A DNA stretch of 63,908 nucleotides, filler included, from Octopus bimaculoides (taxonomy: Eukaryota), in the NCBI RefSeq assembly GCF_001194135.2. It is 5 parts of 5 records of this genome, joined end to end, with 100 filler letters (N's around TTAATTAATTAA, not from the genome) between each part and the next. Parts side by side here need not be neighbours in the genome. Positions count along the whole stretch, not along the records: positions 50,207 to 62,544 come from NC_068981.1; positions 62,645 to 63,908 come from NW_026330092.1; 3 more parts are not named here. One strand, given 5' to 3'. The first letter of the stretch is position 1; every line of letters starts with the position of its first letter. The translations under genes were made by a program, and so were the position numbers. Below the pieces are notes generated by a model that ran no database searches, had not been told where the DNA came from, and worked only from the letters and a program-made list of their open reading frames with translations. Positions 50,680 to 63,908 of the stretch are shown in pieces.

Positions 50680-53120
50680 TTTTATTATACACAACAGATT
50701 AGACTACTGGAAAAGAAAAAATTCCAAACATCGGGTGACAAGTAAACTTATATGCCAAGAACACTCCTAAGTATTCTAGTTGTTCCTATTAACACTGTTT
50801 TCTGAAGATGTACTAAACTGGTTTTGATGCCCATTTCCTCTATCCATCTATTCAAATATTTAGGCATAGTTCGCAATGCACCTATACATACTGGGATACA
50901 TTTTGCTCGCATTTTCCATAATGTCTGTAATTAAATGGCTAGGTCCTGGTACTTTGCTATTTTTTCTATACCTCTCATATTGAGTTATTCATCATTTGGG
51001 ACCCTAAAGTCATTTATCTGAACTTTTTATTCTCTTTATCTATTACTACTAAATCAGGCTTTCTGGTTTCTTTTACTCTGCGTGTCTGAATGTTAAAGTC
51101 GCACATCTTATACTACTTACTTTCTAGTACTTTACTACGTTCATGTTCATACCATTTATCAGTATGTTGAAATCCTAGCTTGCTACATAATTTCCAGTGG
51201 ATGATTCTCCCTAGATTGTCTTTCATTTTATTGATTCTGTGCCAGCAAGCTGCACTCACTTACTATATGAGGAACGCTTTTCTCTTTTGATTTGAATAAC
51301 CTACATTGGGAATTCACTTGGCTTTGCATATCTTGTCTTTTATCCAAGTTGTCCTTAATGCTTGATCTTAGGCAGCTACAAACAAATTTTCTCTCTCTCT
51401 TTTCAGCTATCCTTTCTGCAACCATAATCCTGTTTCACTACTACTACGTGCTGCAACTATCTTTCGGTATCTACCATACAACGCCTTCTCCTGCCAGTCA
51501 GATAATTTCTCTTCTTTTTTCTGGTTTTTAACTTCGTTTAGGCTTTTGGTTTCCATATGTCTTGCTGTGACTCTATCAGCTTTTAATAAACTTTCTTCAC
51601 TATTACCTACATAGGAGTCTATATCTACTCCAGCTAAACCCATGCAATCATCCTCCGCTTCCTTTTGAAGATAAATATAATCTTGCTACTCCTGCCCTTG
51701 GGTAGAGTCCTTCAATCATATTGAATTCCTTCCTAGTACTTCTGTCTAACTTTGCTAATTCTGTTTTTGTTCATTCTACAAACGCTGCTGCTGAGTATCG
51801 AAGTAAATATAAAACCCTAGTATTTACAGCCTTCACTAGATTCGAACCATTTAGCTTTGACTTCATTTACTTCCTCACACTTCTGATGTACACCTTCTAA
51901 ATGTTTGTTTTCATTTCTGTAGTTAGTAACCTGTCAGATTCTAATACTCCTAGATACTTATAACTCTCGCCTCTCAATGATCTTAAAGTCTGGTCATCTG
52001 GTAATTGGACGACTTCCTTCTTGATTACTTGTCCCATTCTTATGAGTAATATTGCACATTTACCTTTGTCAAATTCTAAGCCTGTATTACTAAAGAGGCT
52101 TACAGTCTGTAGGAAGGAATGTATCTCTTTTTCATTGTTACGGAAAAACTTCAAATAATCGATCTTGAGCAAATGGCTAATTTTCTATTTCTGAACGAAT
52201 ACCCTGCCTTTGCCTTCCTTAATACTAAACTGCAGGGGAATCAAACATAAGACAAATATTAAATGTGACAACTAGTCCCCCTGGAGAAATCCTGTTTTGA
52301 TATTAACTATACCTGAGTATAGATCTACTTTCCATTTCTTCATACTAAAGCTAATTAATTCTCTTATGTTGTCTGCTCTACTGAGTATACGCAGACATTC
52401 ACTTATCCATGAGTGTAGGATCATGTCATAGCCTTTTCTATAATCTATCCATATTATTGTTCGATTTTTCTTTCTAGATTTTACTTCATATAGAACTGCT
52501 TTGTTTATGTATCATACGTTCATATGTTTCTCTAGCCTTCTTCCTGCAAACATTTTCTTCTTCTGGCAGTAAATTCCCGTTGCCAAGGTTCTCGTAAATT
52601 CTTTCTGAAGGCATACCTCTTAACAGCTTCCACACTATTCGCAAGCGAATGATTGGTCTATAGTTGGTAGCTGTATTACACTTACCATAATGAGTATTGT
52701 CCTGCAACTAGTTTTGGCATTATGGCATTTTTCGTCCATTAAGGAAATGCTGAATTTTTTCCCTTAGCCTTCCATATAAACTACTGAATTTCTTTAGCCA
52801 GTACCCTGGAACAAATTCTGGTTCTAGGCCCTTCCAATTCGACATTTTTCGGAACGCTTTACTTATTAATGAACTAGTTAATCTTAGATTTGAATGCTTC
52901 TCACTCGCGTCAACATTATGATTGAATAGCTTATCCCAAATATTACTCTAGAACTTTCTAGCCTTTTCTGTATTAGGTTTCTCATCTTCAATACTTCGTT
53001 CTCCACTATTTGTTTGATTAAAAAAAACCTCTTCTTGTCTGCCTCAAATAATCTATTCTGTTGCAACTGATCTATTCATTTCTGATACCTGGAAAACATT
53101 CCTGCAACTGCTACGATACG
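50680..53120 (-). mobile_element. Degenerate R4/Dong-like LINE: RT, CCHC finger and RLE endonuclease
   Basis: QQNRLFE, NYRPI...WKLL, WIDYRKGYD, YKYLGVLE, CRL....SVPHIVSEC, RKPDLVVID, QKTVLIGTTRILRSVLGI*; many stops and frameshifts. 5' flank (TAA)n, 3' flank (TAG)n on the sense strand. Confidence 0.92.
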
Positions 53121-53130
53121 GTTCCAACTA

Positions 53131-53200
<70 letters not shown>

Positions 53201-53226
53201 GTTGTTGTTGTGGTTATTTATTATTA

Positions 53227-54264
<1,038 letters not shown>

Positions 54265-54334
54265 GTTGTTGTTGTTGTTCTTCTTCTTCTTCTTCTTCTT
54301 CTTCTTTTTCTTCTTCTTCTTCTTCTTCTTCTTC

Positions 54335-54390
<56 letters not shown>

Positions 54391-54449
54391 GTTATTATTA
54401 TTATTATTATTATTTTATTTATTTATTTATTTATTATCATTACTAAATT

Positions 54450-56790
54450 ATTATATGAGATTTCTGCTCTTGCATTTCAAAGTGGAAGAACGGCGTCCGG
54501 AAGCTGTAAGTTTTTGTTCAATTTTTACAGATAATATTGTTGTATCTGAACATTTTTACGACTTTTCTGTGGGCAGGCCGACTGGGTTCGTACTGAGCTC
54601 AGCAGTTAGGTGGGACTTCCCTTTTGGGGCGAATTTTCAATTTAAATTCTTCTTTTTTTTTCATTCTTCAATTTTAAAAATGTCCTTGGAAAAGAGTGTC
54701 AACTCTTGCTTTCTTTTTGACTTCCACCTCTACAGTTGGAAAACAGTCAAAACAGTTTTAAAATTAATTGTCTCGGACCCCTCCGCGTCTTCAAAGGTAG
54801 AGAGAGGGACAACCAAAGTTTTGCTAACATATCTGTCGAGAGGTAAGAAATATGGCACAATTGAAGTAAAATTTGCTATAGAGGACATAGTAAAACAGCA
54901 CTCAACAGACCAGCTGAGAAACAATGAACTTGTCCTAGTTTCAAAACACTTGCCAAGATAAAAATACTAGAGATACCACCAGATATGAACGCTTGCAGGA
55001 TTGTCGTAGCCGTCTTCTTCGATTTGGAAGAGAGAAATCAAACTCATCCAAAGCGAGAAACAAGGAAAAAGCTACTGGACTGGTTAGGAATTGCAAATAA
55101 TGGTCCAAATAAACCAAGACGTTTTGGAACAAATTCCTGACCAACTCAGCCTTCCAGATGGCACTAGATAGAACATCACAGTTGAGGGCAGAAGGCCAAG
55201 ATGTTATTAATGCGGGCAGAATAACCACCTGAAATCCTTCTTCCATCAACTAAAACAGAAGTAGGGCACTACCCCACCTCCTGATACAAGCACCACCACA
55301 CCACAACAGCTAAAGCAACTCCAGCTAAAGAAGCAATCCCAACAACAAAAGCAACCCCAACAAGTGAAGAAACCCCACGAACAGAAAGCAAAGAGTGCTC
55401 CAGCAATCACACCACCACCATCACCACTACAACAGAATTGAGTTGACAGAAGTTACGCGTAAAAGACTAAGAAAGAGGCACAACAGTACACCAACAAATA
55501 AACAAGCAGTACCCAAAAAGAAAGCATTCTTCAAAATCACCCGCAAACAACAACAGCAAACCAACATCCATGCTTCCAATACCTTCACCAATAATATCAC
55601 TACCAACACCAAAGACACGGCCAACAGTACAAGGCACAACGGAATCAACACAAAATGTAAACGAAAATAACAAAAACACCACAACACTCCCCGCCATAAA
55701 CACAAACAACACCAACTTAGATATCAAAATTACTGACTTTGTTTCCCCAAAGGATAATACACCGCCACCGCACGCAGATACTTCGAACATCGCAACAAAC
55801 ATACAGCAATATAAAATCCAAATCTCCACAGGCGCTTGGAGGCCTAGAAAGTGTCCTAAAGCCTCAAAAAATCCTTGGTCATGGAGACCACCACACCCCA
55901 CTTAAGGAGCGAGACACCTGTCTCGCTCCCACTCCAGAGTGCTAACAGTAAGTAGTCTTCTCCTTTTTCTCCTTACCAGTCACTCAGGTGGCCATACTCA
56001 AACTAGGTCGCATAAATGTACGTGGCCTGGAGTTTCCTTGGAAACAAGGTCACCTACTCAACAACCTCAGGTCACAAGGAATAGATGTAATAGCAATTAC
56101 TGAATCCAGACTAACCGAACCGCGAGGTTTCATGCCCATTTTCGATGACTCCGAGATGTCGGCGGAGAATGGGTGGTAGGAGCACTGCAGTATCGTTTCG
56201 GAAAGGTTTGGATCTTAAAATAAGGTCAGTCTTCTTGGACTCAGAAGGTAAGCTGGTGGTTCTGGATGTAAATGGTAGTAACTGTGAGGTCTTCAGTCTG
56301 GTGGCTGTTTACGCAACGACATGTGAAGGACAGCTGGAATACTCCAGTCGTCTGAAAGTCTTCCTAGGTACGTTCCTACCTTTAGTGTTACTGGGTGATT
56401 TTAACACCATTTTAGATGCATAATTGGATTGTGTGGGATTAGCCGATAGGAAAGGGGATTGCAAAAGCCTCACAAACGTGCTCAATCCTGAATGTGCCAA
56501 TGTGGACATGAGCAAACAGCATCGGAACATCCAGATTGTATGTAGATAGTCTTTTTCAGGTTTTTAAATAGGGATATTATTAGTTGTTCACAATTTCAAA
56601 TAGTCGGCTACACAGATCACAAATTGGTGACCTGAAAGGTCGACTTAAATCGCATATGTAGACAGGGCCCCGGCTGCTGCAAGCTGAATACGTCATTCAA
56701 GGTGTGTCAAGCTTACAGAGACCGGATTAAAGAGTTAGTTCAAAAACTTTCACGGAGACAATCGTCAGCAATAAATGATGGCTTAAGCTA
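54450..56790 (+). mobile_element. L1/Tx1-like LINE 5' half: ORF1 (zinc knuckle) plus APE endonuclease; RT missing
   Basis: ORF1 LPDGT..ITVEGRRPRCY*CGQNNHLKS. ORF2 from 55988: LKLGRINVRGL...IDVIAITESRL, VAVYA, LVLLGDFNTILD, TDHKLV, GPGCCKLNTS. Confidence 0.88.
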
Positions 56791-57023
56791 AAATAATAAT
56801 AATAACATCGAAAAATACTTTAGGAATGAGAACCTAGGTTCGAAATTTCCCCAAAACACCTGATGAAGGCTGGAGGGTATATCAAGCGAAACGTTGTGTT
56901 AACAACAAACAAGATGAGGATAAATATGTATATAATAATGTACATAATAAGGACAATTATGTACATAATGAGGACAAATATGTAATAATAATGTACATAA
57001 TTTCTCATCTCTTAAATATAAAA
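56790..57023 (+). mobile_element. Hammerhead-bearing element, body copy 2, with (AAT)n 5' and tandem ATGTACATAAT-type 3' repeats
   Basis: Matches the reverse complement of 14128-14250. Confidence 0.8.
56855..56900 (+). ncRNA. Minimal type I hammerhead ribozyme motif (stem II degenerate)
   Basis: AACAC-CTGATGA-A-GGCTG(GAGGGTATAT)CAAGC-GAAA-CG-T-T-GTGTT; perfect 5-bp stem I AACAC/GTGTT. Confidence 0.7.
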
Positions 57024-57570
57024 CCAGATGGTTTATTGTTGTATTATAAACTTTGAACCCATACCTGGTATTATTTAGTTCGTTTGAGAGTGGGATCAGT
57101 GCCATTCAAAAGATCAATGGGGAGAGTGAGTCACCTTGAAAGATGCCTCGTTTGATGATGATGTTATTAGTTTGGCTCATCCCATTACTATGATTTATGA
57201 GACGTGTATTTTACTTGGCCATGCTACCTTGTAAGAATTTGGAGATGACAGGAGAGAATTTATATATTTTAAGGGCCTTGAGTATCCGATTATGTGGGAG
57301 ACTATCAAACGCTTTCCTGTAGTCTATCCATGCCATACTCAGGATTTTCTGTGTGCTTCGGCAATTCTCTACAATCATTTTACTTATGAGTAATTGATCT
57401 TTGCACTCATAAGAATTCCTACTAAATCCTTTTTGAGCTTGTAGAAGGATAAATCTCTATTCAAGGAAATCGTATATTCAGTCAGTTGATATGGATGAGG
57501 ACCTTCTAGGTGGTGTTGTGACATGTTATTGGTCGGTAGTTTTTTGGATTGTTTGTACCTTCAGTTTTTC
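57024..57570 (-). mobile_element. R4-like RT fragment
   Basis: QKGF...CKDQLLISK...LSMAWIDYRKAFDSLPH...KRGIFQGDSLSPLIF..ALIPLS.ELN...YG...INHL; cut off just before YMDD. Confidence 0.9.
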
Positions 57571-57629
57571 GCAGAAAGACGAGACTCATATGGGACCGAC
57601 GAGACTCGTATGTTAGAAAATTATTAAAA

Positions 57630-58330
57630 AATGCTAGAAAAATGTTAAGATAGAAAATTGTTAAACAATATTATTAAAAATATCAAAAATTATAAACGTA
57701 CCATAATTAACTTTACGTTTATTATAATATAAACTACAAGAAATATTATGTGCAAATCTTATCTTAACGAATCTTTCGTTTAAAATACAATTTAAACGAA
57801 GTCTTAGGTTAAACTGAAATTATAAACGTAAAATATAAACTAACAACAAAAAAAATTTAGATAAATTAATATATAAAAGTAATTATATCACCATTAAATA
57901 AAGGAAAAAAACATTTAACAAAATTATTGAAAAGAAATACAAAATTTATCTAATCGGATCTTTAGTTTAAATAAAATTATAAATGTTGTACTATTGACTT
58001 AACCTTAATTAGAATATAAGCTAATAATCAAAGAAATTATATAAAAAAACTACTTATCCCATAAATCAAAAAGAAATATTAACCAGTATTATTGGAAAAA
58101 ATTCAACCCTAATCTAATCGAAGTTTTGGTTTAAACTAAGATGATAAACTTAATACTATTGACTGAGTTTTAAATAAGGTATCGGCCAACATTAAATATC
58201 AATTGAATGATTATAAAAATACATATTTTTTCAAACAATGATAGAAAATCATTTAACAATATTAATAAAGATAAAAGCAATACTTATCTCAACGACGTTA
58301 AACTCAGAACTAAAGTGTTTATAAGAAGGA
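57630..58330. repeat. AT-rich degenerate tandem repeat, ~165-170 bp unit, about 4 units
   Basis: Recurring TTAAC..TATTATT.AAAA...ATCTAATCG.A..TTT.GTTTAAA...ACTATTGACT at about 57660, 57913, 58079 and 58250. Confidence 0.6.
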
Positions 58331-58880
58331 AGCGTGAAGATATTGCGCAAAGAAAAAGAATAGAATAAAGAGATATGAAAACATGAATGAAAGTTTTATT
58401 TATAAAATCATGAATGAAAAATTAAACTTTATATAACTTAAATCATAATAAAACAATTAACTATATTGTAAACATTTTATTGAATGTTAAAATGAAAGTA
58501 ATTATAGATACTAAAGAATAAGACTAAGAAACATAACTTAAATAATATATATGAAATAAGCTAAAATACTATAATTAAATTAATTAATTAAAATATTTAT
58601 ATTATTAATTTTATAAAAATCGTAGTGACATTAAAATATTAAATCCTTAAACTCACTAAAAATATTAACGTACCAATAAATACACAATTAATAAATATAT
58701 ATTATAACTACTATATTTAGTAAAGAAGGAATATTATATAAACACNNNNNNNNNNNNNNNNNNNNNNNNNNNNNNNNNNNNNNNNNNNNNNNNNNNNNNN
58801 NNNNNNNNNNNNNNNNNNNNNNNNNNNNNNNNNNNNNNNNNNNNNNNNNNNNNNNNNNNNNNNNNNNNNNNNNNNNNNNN

Positions 58881-60050
58881 TATATACCGACACAGTTAGC
58901 TAAACGTATTATGTAAACAAAATAATTTATGTCTACATTTAAGTTTTCGTTCATCAAAAGAATTAATCAAAATATTATAATTATTTAATAATATCTCCTT
59001 AAATTCATTAGTACATAACTTACAAAAATTATTACCTATACGGTAGGATTTCGCCTTACAAACAATCTCCCATTTTAAAATGTAGTTAATATTTTTAGAT
59101 TTAAGTTCCCAATTATATTTACTAAGGCCAGTAGAATTAATCAAATTTCTATTCTTAAAGGAGTGCATATGTTGAGCCACTCGTAATTTAATTTTATTAG
59201 AAGTTGATCCTATATAAATCTTATTTAAATTATAACATTATGTTTATTTCCGTCCATTAAAGTCACTATGCATTTATACACGACATCCTTCAAATAGCAT
59301 TTATTAGTAAATTTACATTTGGTCTTATCTCTACATGTACAATTAATTATATCCTGGTCCACATTATTGTTACTATTACAATTAGTAGTTAATTTATATT
59401 TATAATACTTATTTTACTTAAATCTATTAAAAGAAGAGATAATGTTAGCAACATTATTAGTAGTAGGATAACCTACACCAAAATTATTAGTAGAAACGAT
59501 ATTATAATATTTTTTATTATCTCTAAGGAATATATCAATAACTTTTAAAATTTCTTTAATGATGTTAGTTTTAACTTGAACGCCGTATGGAATGATTAGC
59601 TAAAGTTTGTTCTTATTATAGATATTATTGTATTTATTATTTATATTATTAAATTTATTATTATCATTAAAAGAATTAAATTTAAATCTATTATTGTCTC
59701 CATTACAATTATATTTATGTTTATGTAATTTATTATTATCATAATACCTATTATCCTCACCATAATTACCTAAGAAGATATTATCATAATTATAGAGGTT
59801 ATGTTTATTTAATAGATCATTAATATTATAATCATTACTAATAGAATTATAATTATACTTCGAACTATTAAAAAAATTAATATCATCACTATATCCCGCC
59901 TCCCGAAGGGCTTTATTGTCATAAGGTGCATGTTTTTCAAGGATCTCTAAATTGGATGAAAGTAATGATATTCTCTTACCTATAATAAATGTTAACGATT
60001 TTTTCTACTAACTCCATTATTTATTTCATTTTTTTATTTACATCTTGTAT
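58881..60050 (-). mobile_element. Penelope-like element: RT C-terminus plus GIY-YIG endonuclease, pseudogenised
   Basis: IGKRISLLSSN.EI...APY...AL.EAGY; IPYGVQVKTNII; CTCRDKTKC...CYLKDVVYKC; KIYIGSTSNKIKLRVAQHMHSF...STGLSKY.WELK...LKWEIV...SY..G...CKLC...CRH. One frameshift near 59235 and several stops. Confidence 0.9.
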
Positions 60051-60139
60051 TTTATTTATATTAATTCATTTTATTTTTATGTTTATTTATTTATTTATTT
60101 ATTATTTATTTTTATTGTTTATCTCTTTATTTTCAATTG

Positions 60140-62210
60140 TCTGTCAATTCTGGGGTTGTGAGGGGAGTTGAGCGCCCCCTCACTTATAAAATGCTTGTGC
60201 AAATCCTCTCCTCTGACAGTCAAGCTCGACTCCTTCGCCAAACCAACAGGAGAAGAGTGGGAAAAGGCGCGCATCTGGCGCCCTCAAATAACCAGTACTC
60301 CCGGTAGGCTGTACTCGTTAGCCTTCGATGGCAAGCAGTGTAGGAGAAGGAGCACTCTGAGATCAAATCTAGGGGAGCAAGGGCCCTGCCGCCTTGACGG
60401 ACTACCGTGGTAAGGATTGTGTCTCGATAAAAATACCGGTTAGTAGTCACCTAAACACACACCTCTTTTGTGAGTGAAAATGTCAAGCAAAATATATAAC
60501 GATAACGGTGTAAACGGGACTGGAACCTATGGGGAAGGTGCCCCATTGTGAAGTAGGGTGGGCCCGATCGTAATCCAGCAATTACTAGCCATGCTACAAT
60601 ACATAAGTGGAGTAAACAAGTAAATATGATGGTTATGGAGTGTTACTACCGGAGCACCCCAGTCGATGCGAATGGCGTGCCTATCAGAGGGTACAGAAAA
60701 CGAATGCACAGCGAATGGAAGGCAATGGAACCGTTCGAAATAACTTAACAGATATTATGTAACCAAGCAAGAGCAATACGAAAGAATGGATTGTTAACTG
60801 AAAAGAAGAATACCGGGTGGGGCTGGGCTTGCGAGAGATGAAAGTGGTATAGTGGAAGAGATAAACAATTGTTCCCAAGAATATAATACCACGAATTTTG
60901 AAAGAATTGAGATATGTGACTACTCACACAAGATTAATAATAAACAGAATTTTTGATCTATTAAATACTGAAGTGACAGAATTTATGCGCGACTTTAAGA
61001 AGGCTGATCAATGGAGACTAAGTTAAGAGACGAATAAAGTCAATAATGTACTGAGACACATTGAAACAAAGAACATCACACACACAAATAATCTTATCAA
61101 GGCTGCTAGTAGGATTGTGGTGGAAAGGATGGGATTGAGTACTGAGAATAGGACAGCGACGGGTAGAAGAGAAAATAAACCGTGGTGGAAAAGGAGAATT
61201 TCTGAAGATACAACTGCTTGAACAGTGTAGTGTCAATACTTGTCAGGAAAAGAAATGGAGAACTTAAGAATAAATGGAAATTCGAAAAAGTTAGGAAAAA
61301 GTCAGGTGTAGGTACAAAAGGCCTGAATGTTGTAATTGAAGAACTGAAGCAGCGCATACATGCAAAAAATGCAAAGCTAACTAGGTTTGAAAAATCGGAT
61401 TAAGCAATACCATGAAAAAACATTGTTTAGAACCGACCAAAAAAAATTTTACCTAGCCGAAACGTTATGTTAACAACAAACAAGATGAGGCCAAATATCC
61501 GTCAATTGTAAATAATGTAAATTATGTACAATTGCATCAAATACAGAATAGACAACACATCAGAAACTGTTAAGTGCAGAATTTGTGGACAAAATAGTGA
61601 AACCGTATGGCATATTACCAGTCAATGTACGCCGCTGGCCCAGAAAGAATATAGCAAGGATTGTCCATTGGATACTTTGCAACAAGTATGGACTTGGCAG
61701 AGCAAAAACGTGGTATGAACATAAAACCGAAGGAATCGTCGAAAATGATAATGCAAAGATCCTATGGTATTTGATGATTCAGTGCGACCATGAGATAGAG
61801 AACGGGAAACGAGAGATAGTGTTGAGAAAGAAAGCAAACGATGCTGGATTATAGATATAGCATGCGCAGCTGACAACTAAGTATGCGATAAGAAAGAAAG
61901 ACAAGTCGATATCAGGTTTGCTTGGGAGCTTAAGCAGTTGTGGTCGCTGAAAAAGGTAGTAGTAGTAGTACCAATAATTGTCGGAGCTTTGGGAACAGTG
62001 AGTAAAAATTTTGAGAAGTACATGGAACAAATAAGGGTTGCAATAAGGGTGTAGCACTAACAGAGAACAGCACTGCTTGGAACCGCTCGAATACTCCGGA
62101 TGGCACTCGAAAAATAAGGGCTGTTACCTTAATTCACTTGTAGTGAACAGCTGACACCTCCCGCGTTAGAAACGCTGCAAAGACAATAATAATAATAATA
62201 ATAATAATAA
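60140..62210 (+). mobile_element. R4/Dong-like LINE with 5'UTR, N-terminus and RLE end, but RT deleted
   Basis: HKWSKQVNMMVMECYYRSTP...GYRKRMHSEWK, LFRTDQKKF, then directly KCRICGQNSETVWHITSQC...VVVPIIVGALGTV...ALLGTARIL, 3'UTR and (TAA)n. Confidence 0.9.
61453..61530 (+). mobile_element. 3' half of the hammerhead-bearing element (copy 3) at the RT-deletion junction
   Basis: AGCCGAAACGTTATGTTAACAACAAACAAGATGAGGCCAAATATCCGTCAATTGTAAATAATGT. Confidence 0.8.
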
Positions 62211-62545
62211 TATCCGTCCCCTAGCGTCAACGTCGAAGCTTGTTATGCCTCACTGTTAATAAAACAAAATACAAACCGGAATGGTCATCGACCGGATTAT
62301 AAAGGACCACTTATTCGGATAATGAACCAGATCCGAGACGAGAAATCTGCTACTAGTTCAAATCTTCCCAACACATAGGAGCTGGAAGTACCCCACAACC
62401 GGAATATTCCAACAGATGGCCATCCATGCTCGTCATCAAATAACCAAAAGAAAAAGAATGAAAAATGGTCTAGGGAAGATAATAAAGAAGTTCTTACAGC
62501 CTTCTACCATGCCATATATTTCCCTACATATAAATCTAATACTGN
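62211..62545 (+). mobile_element. 5' start of a further R4-like LINE, directly after the (TAA)n tail
   Basis: KKNEKWSREDNKEVLTAFYHAIYFP matches the N-terminal KW..E....VM.AYY motif seen at about 60600; runs into a gap. Confidence 0.7.
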
Positions 62546-63518
62546 NNNNNNNNNNNNNNNNNNNNNNNNNNNNNNNNNNNNNNNNNNNTTAATTAATTAA
62601 NNNNNNNNNNNNNNNNNNNNNNNNNNNNNNNNNNNNNNNNNNNNTCTTTCTTAACAATACAGTAAAATGAACAATAAAAAAAAGCAAATCGTCATTATGA
62701 AATTATTGTTAAATTAATGATAACAATTTATTATATTGAGTTGATCGTATCACTTCCATTTAAACAATATTGTTGTTCATTAAAAACAAGATGGCAAATA
62801 ACAGAAGATAATGAACCAAAATAGCTGAGAGATACTTCGTTGAAGTATCATTTGAGTTAGAAACATAGCTTCAGCCATCAACAAACGATTATGAACGTTA
62901 ACCACTTGTTGCAATTATAACATGTTCGATATTCCAAATGACATGAGTTAAAGAGTTAATAGTATCCCGCTCATTTGTAATAAGTTGCAATCCAATTGTA
63001 AGTGATTAGTTCTTCTCAATGGACAACATGGCTGATTGTCTATACAAAGAGTTCAGCTTGTTATTAGGAAAGGAATTCAGATCCTCTGGGAACGTTATGA
63101 ACGTGGATTAACGTTATGTCGTATAGGAAAAGGATTAAAAATGTAATCCTTCGTTTGATACATCCAATTAAATAGCCAACTGGATGAGGTGCTGGACTTT
63201 GAACTAAAGTGTCCTGAGCTTAAATTTGTTTGCTCCTGTTTTGTAGCATTTCTGGACAGGATACATTACACTGAAGTCTCTAATCTGCCGAACTGTTGTG
63301 GAATAAATAGACTGAGAGACTACACAGAACGGATAAGAAAAAAAACTAAGGCGAGCTTCTGAAGAAATTATTGAAGAAGCTTCATCGAGGGTTCCTGTCT
63401 ATATGTAGGTGTATATACCCACATATATGCTCAAGCATACACTCACATATGTGTATGCGTGTATGTGTGAGTATATATGTACACAAACAGGCGAACACCA
63501 GTGTATAAACACACACAA

Positions 63519-63556
<38 letters not shown>

Positions 63557-63908
63557 NNNNNNNNNNNNNNNNNNNNNNNNNNNNNNNNNNNNNNNNNNNN
63601 NNNNNNNNNNNNNNNNNNNNNNNNNNNNNNNNNNNNNNNNNNNNNNNNNNNNNNNNNNNNNNNNNNNNNNNNNNNNNNNNNNNNNNNNNNNNNNNNNNNN
63701 NNNNNNNNNNNNNNNNNNNNNNNNNNNNNNNNNNNNNNNNNNNNNATACATACATGCATACATACATACATACATACATACATACATACATGAATTAGCG
63801 ATCGTATAACCACAATATCCTAAACACAGGGCCGCGCGCCTTCGCACATTATACACAGTATATATATAGATATATAAATATCTATATATATATATATATA
63901 TATATATA

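Noticed and set aside
57565-57630. Possible piggyBac-like terminus (GACGAGACTCGTATGTTAG)
   Set aside because: No CCC/TTAA end and no partner TIR found.

Overview
Eukaryotic, AT-rich, repeat-saturated genomic window with roughly 7 kb of N gaps. It is most likely an octopod cephalopod scaffold (inferred from the SINE families and the microsatellite load; not database-checked). I recognise no host protein-coding gene, rRNA, intact tRNA or CRISPR array. Almost all long ORFs in the track are microsatellite or gap artefacts. Supportable content: many fragments of RLE-endonuclease (R4/Dong-like) LINEs, often joined head-to-tail by (TAA)n; an L1/Tx1-like 5' half; an RTE RT fragment; an AT-rich Penelope-like element (RT C-terminus plus GIY-YIG); several tRNA-derived SINE families; mariner, hAT, Tigger-like and HINE-like DNA elements; two probable solo LTRs. 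The most interesting signals are two families of minimal hammerhead-ribozyme motifs. One sits in a composite element (palindromic tRNA-like head, (AAT)n, hammerhead body) whose three copies all lie at breakpoints of other elements. The other has a compensatory U3-A8 catalytic core. There is also an unidentified, locally triplicated, degenerate coding-like family. All alignments and folds were done by eye, so identities are estimates.
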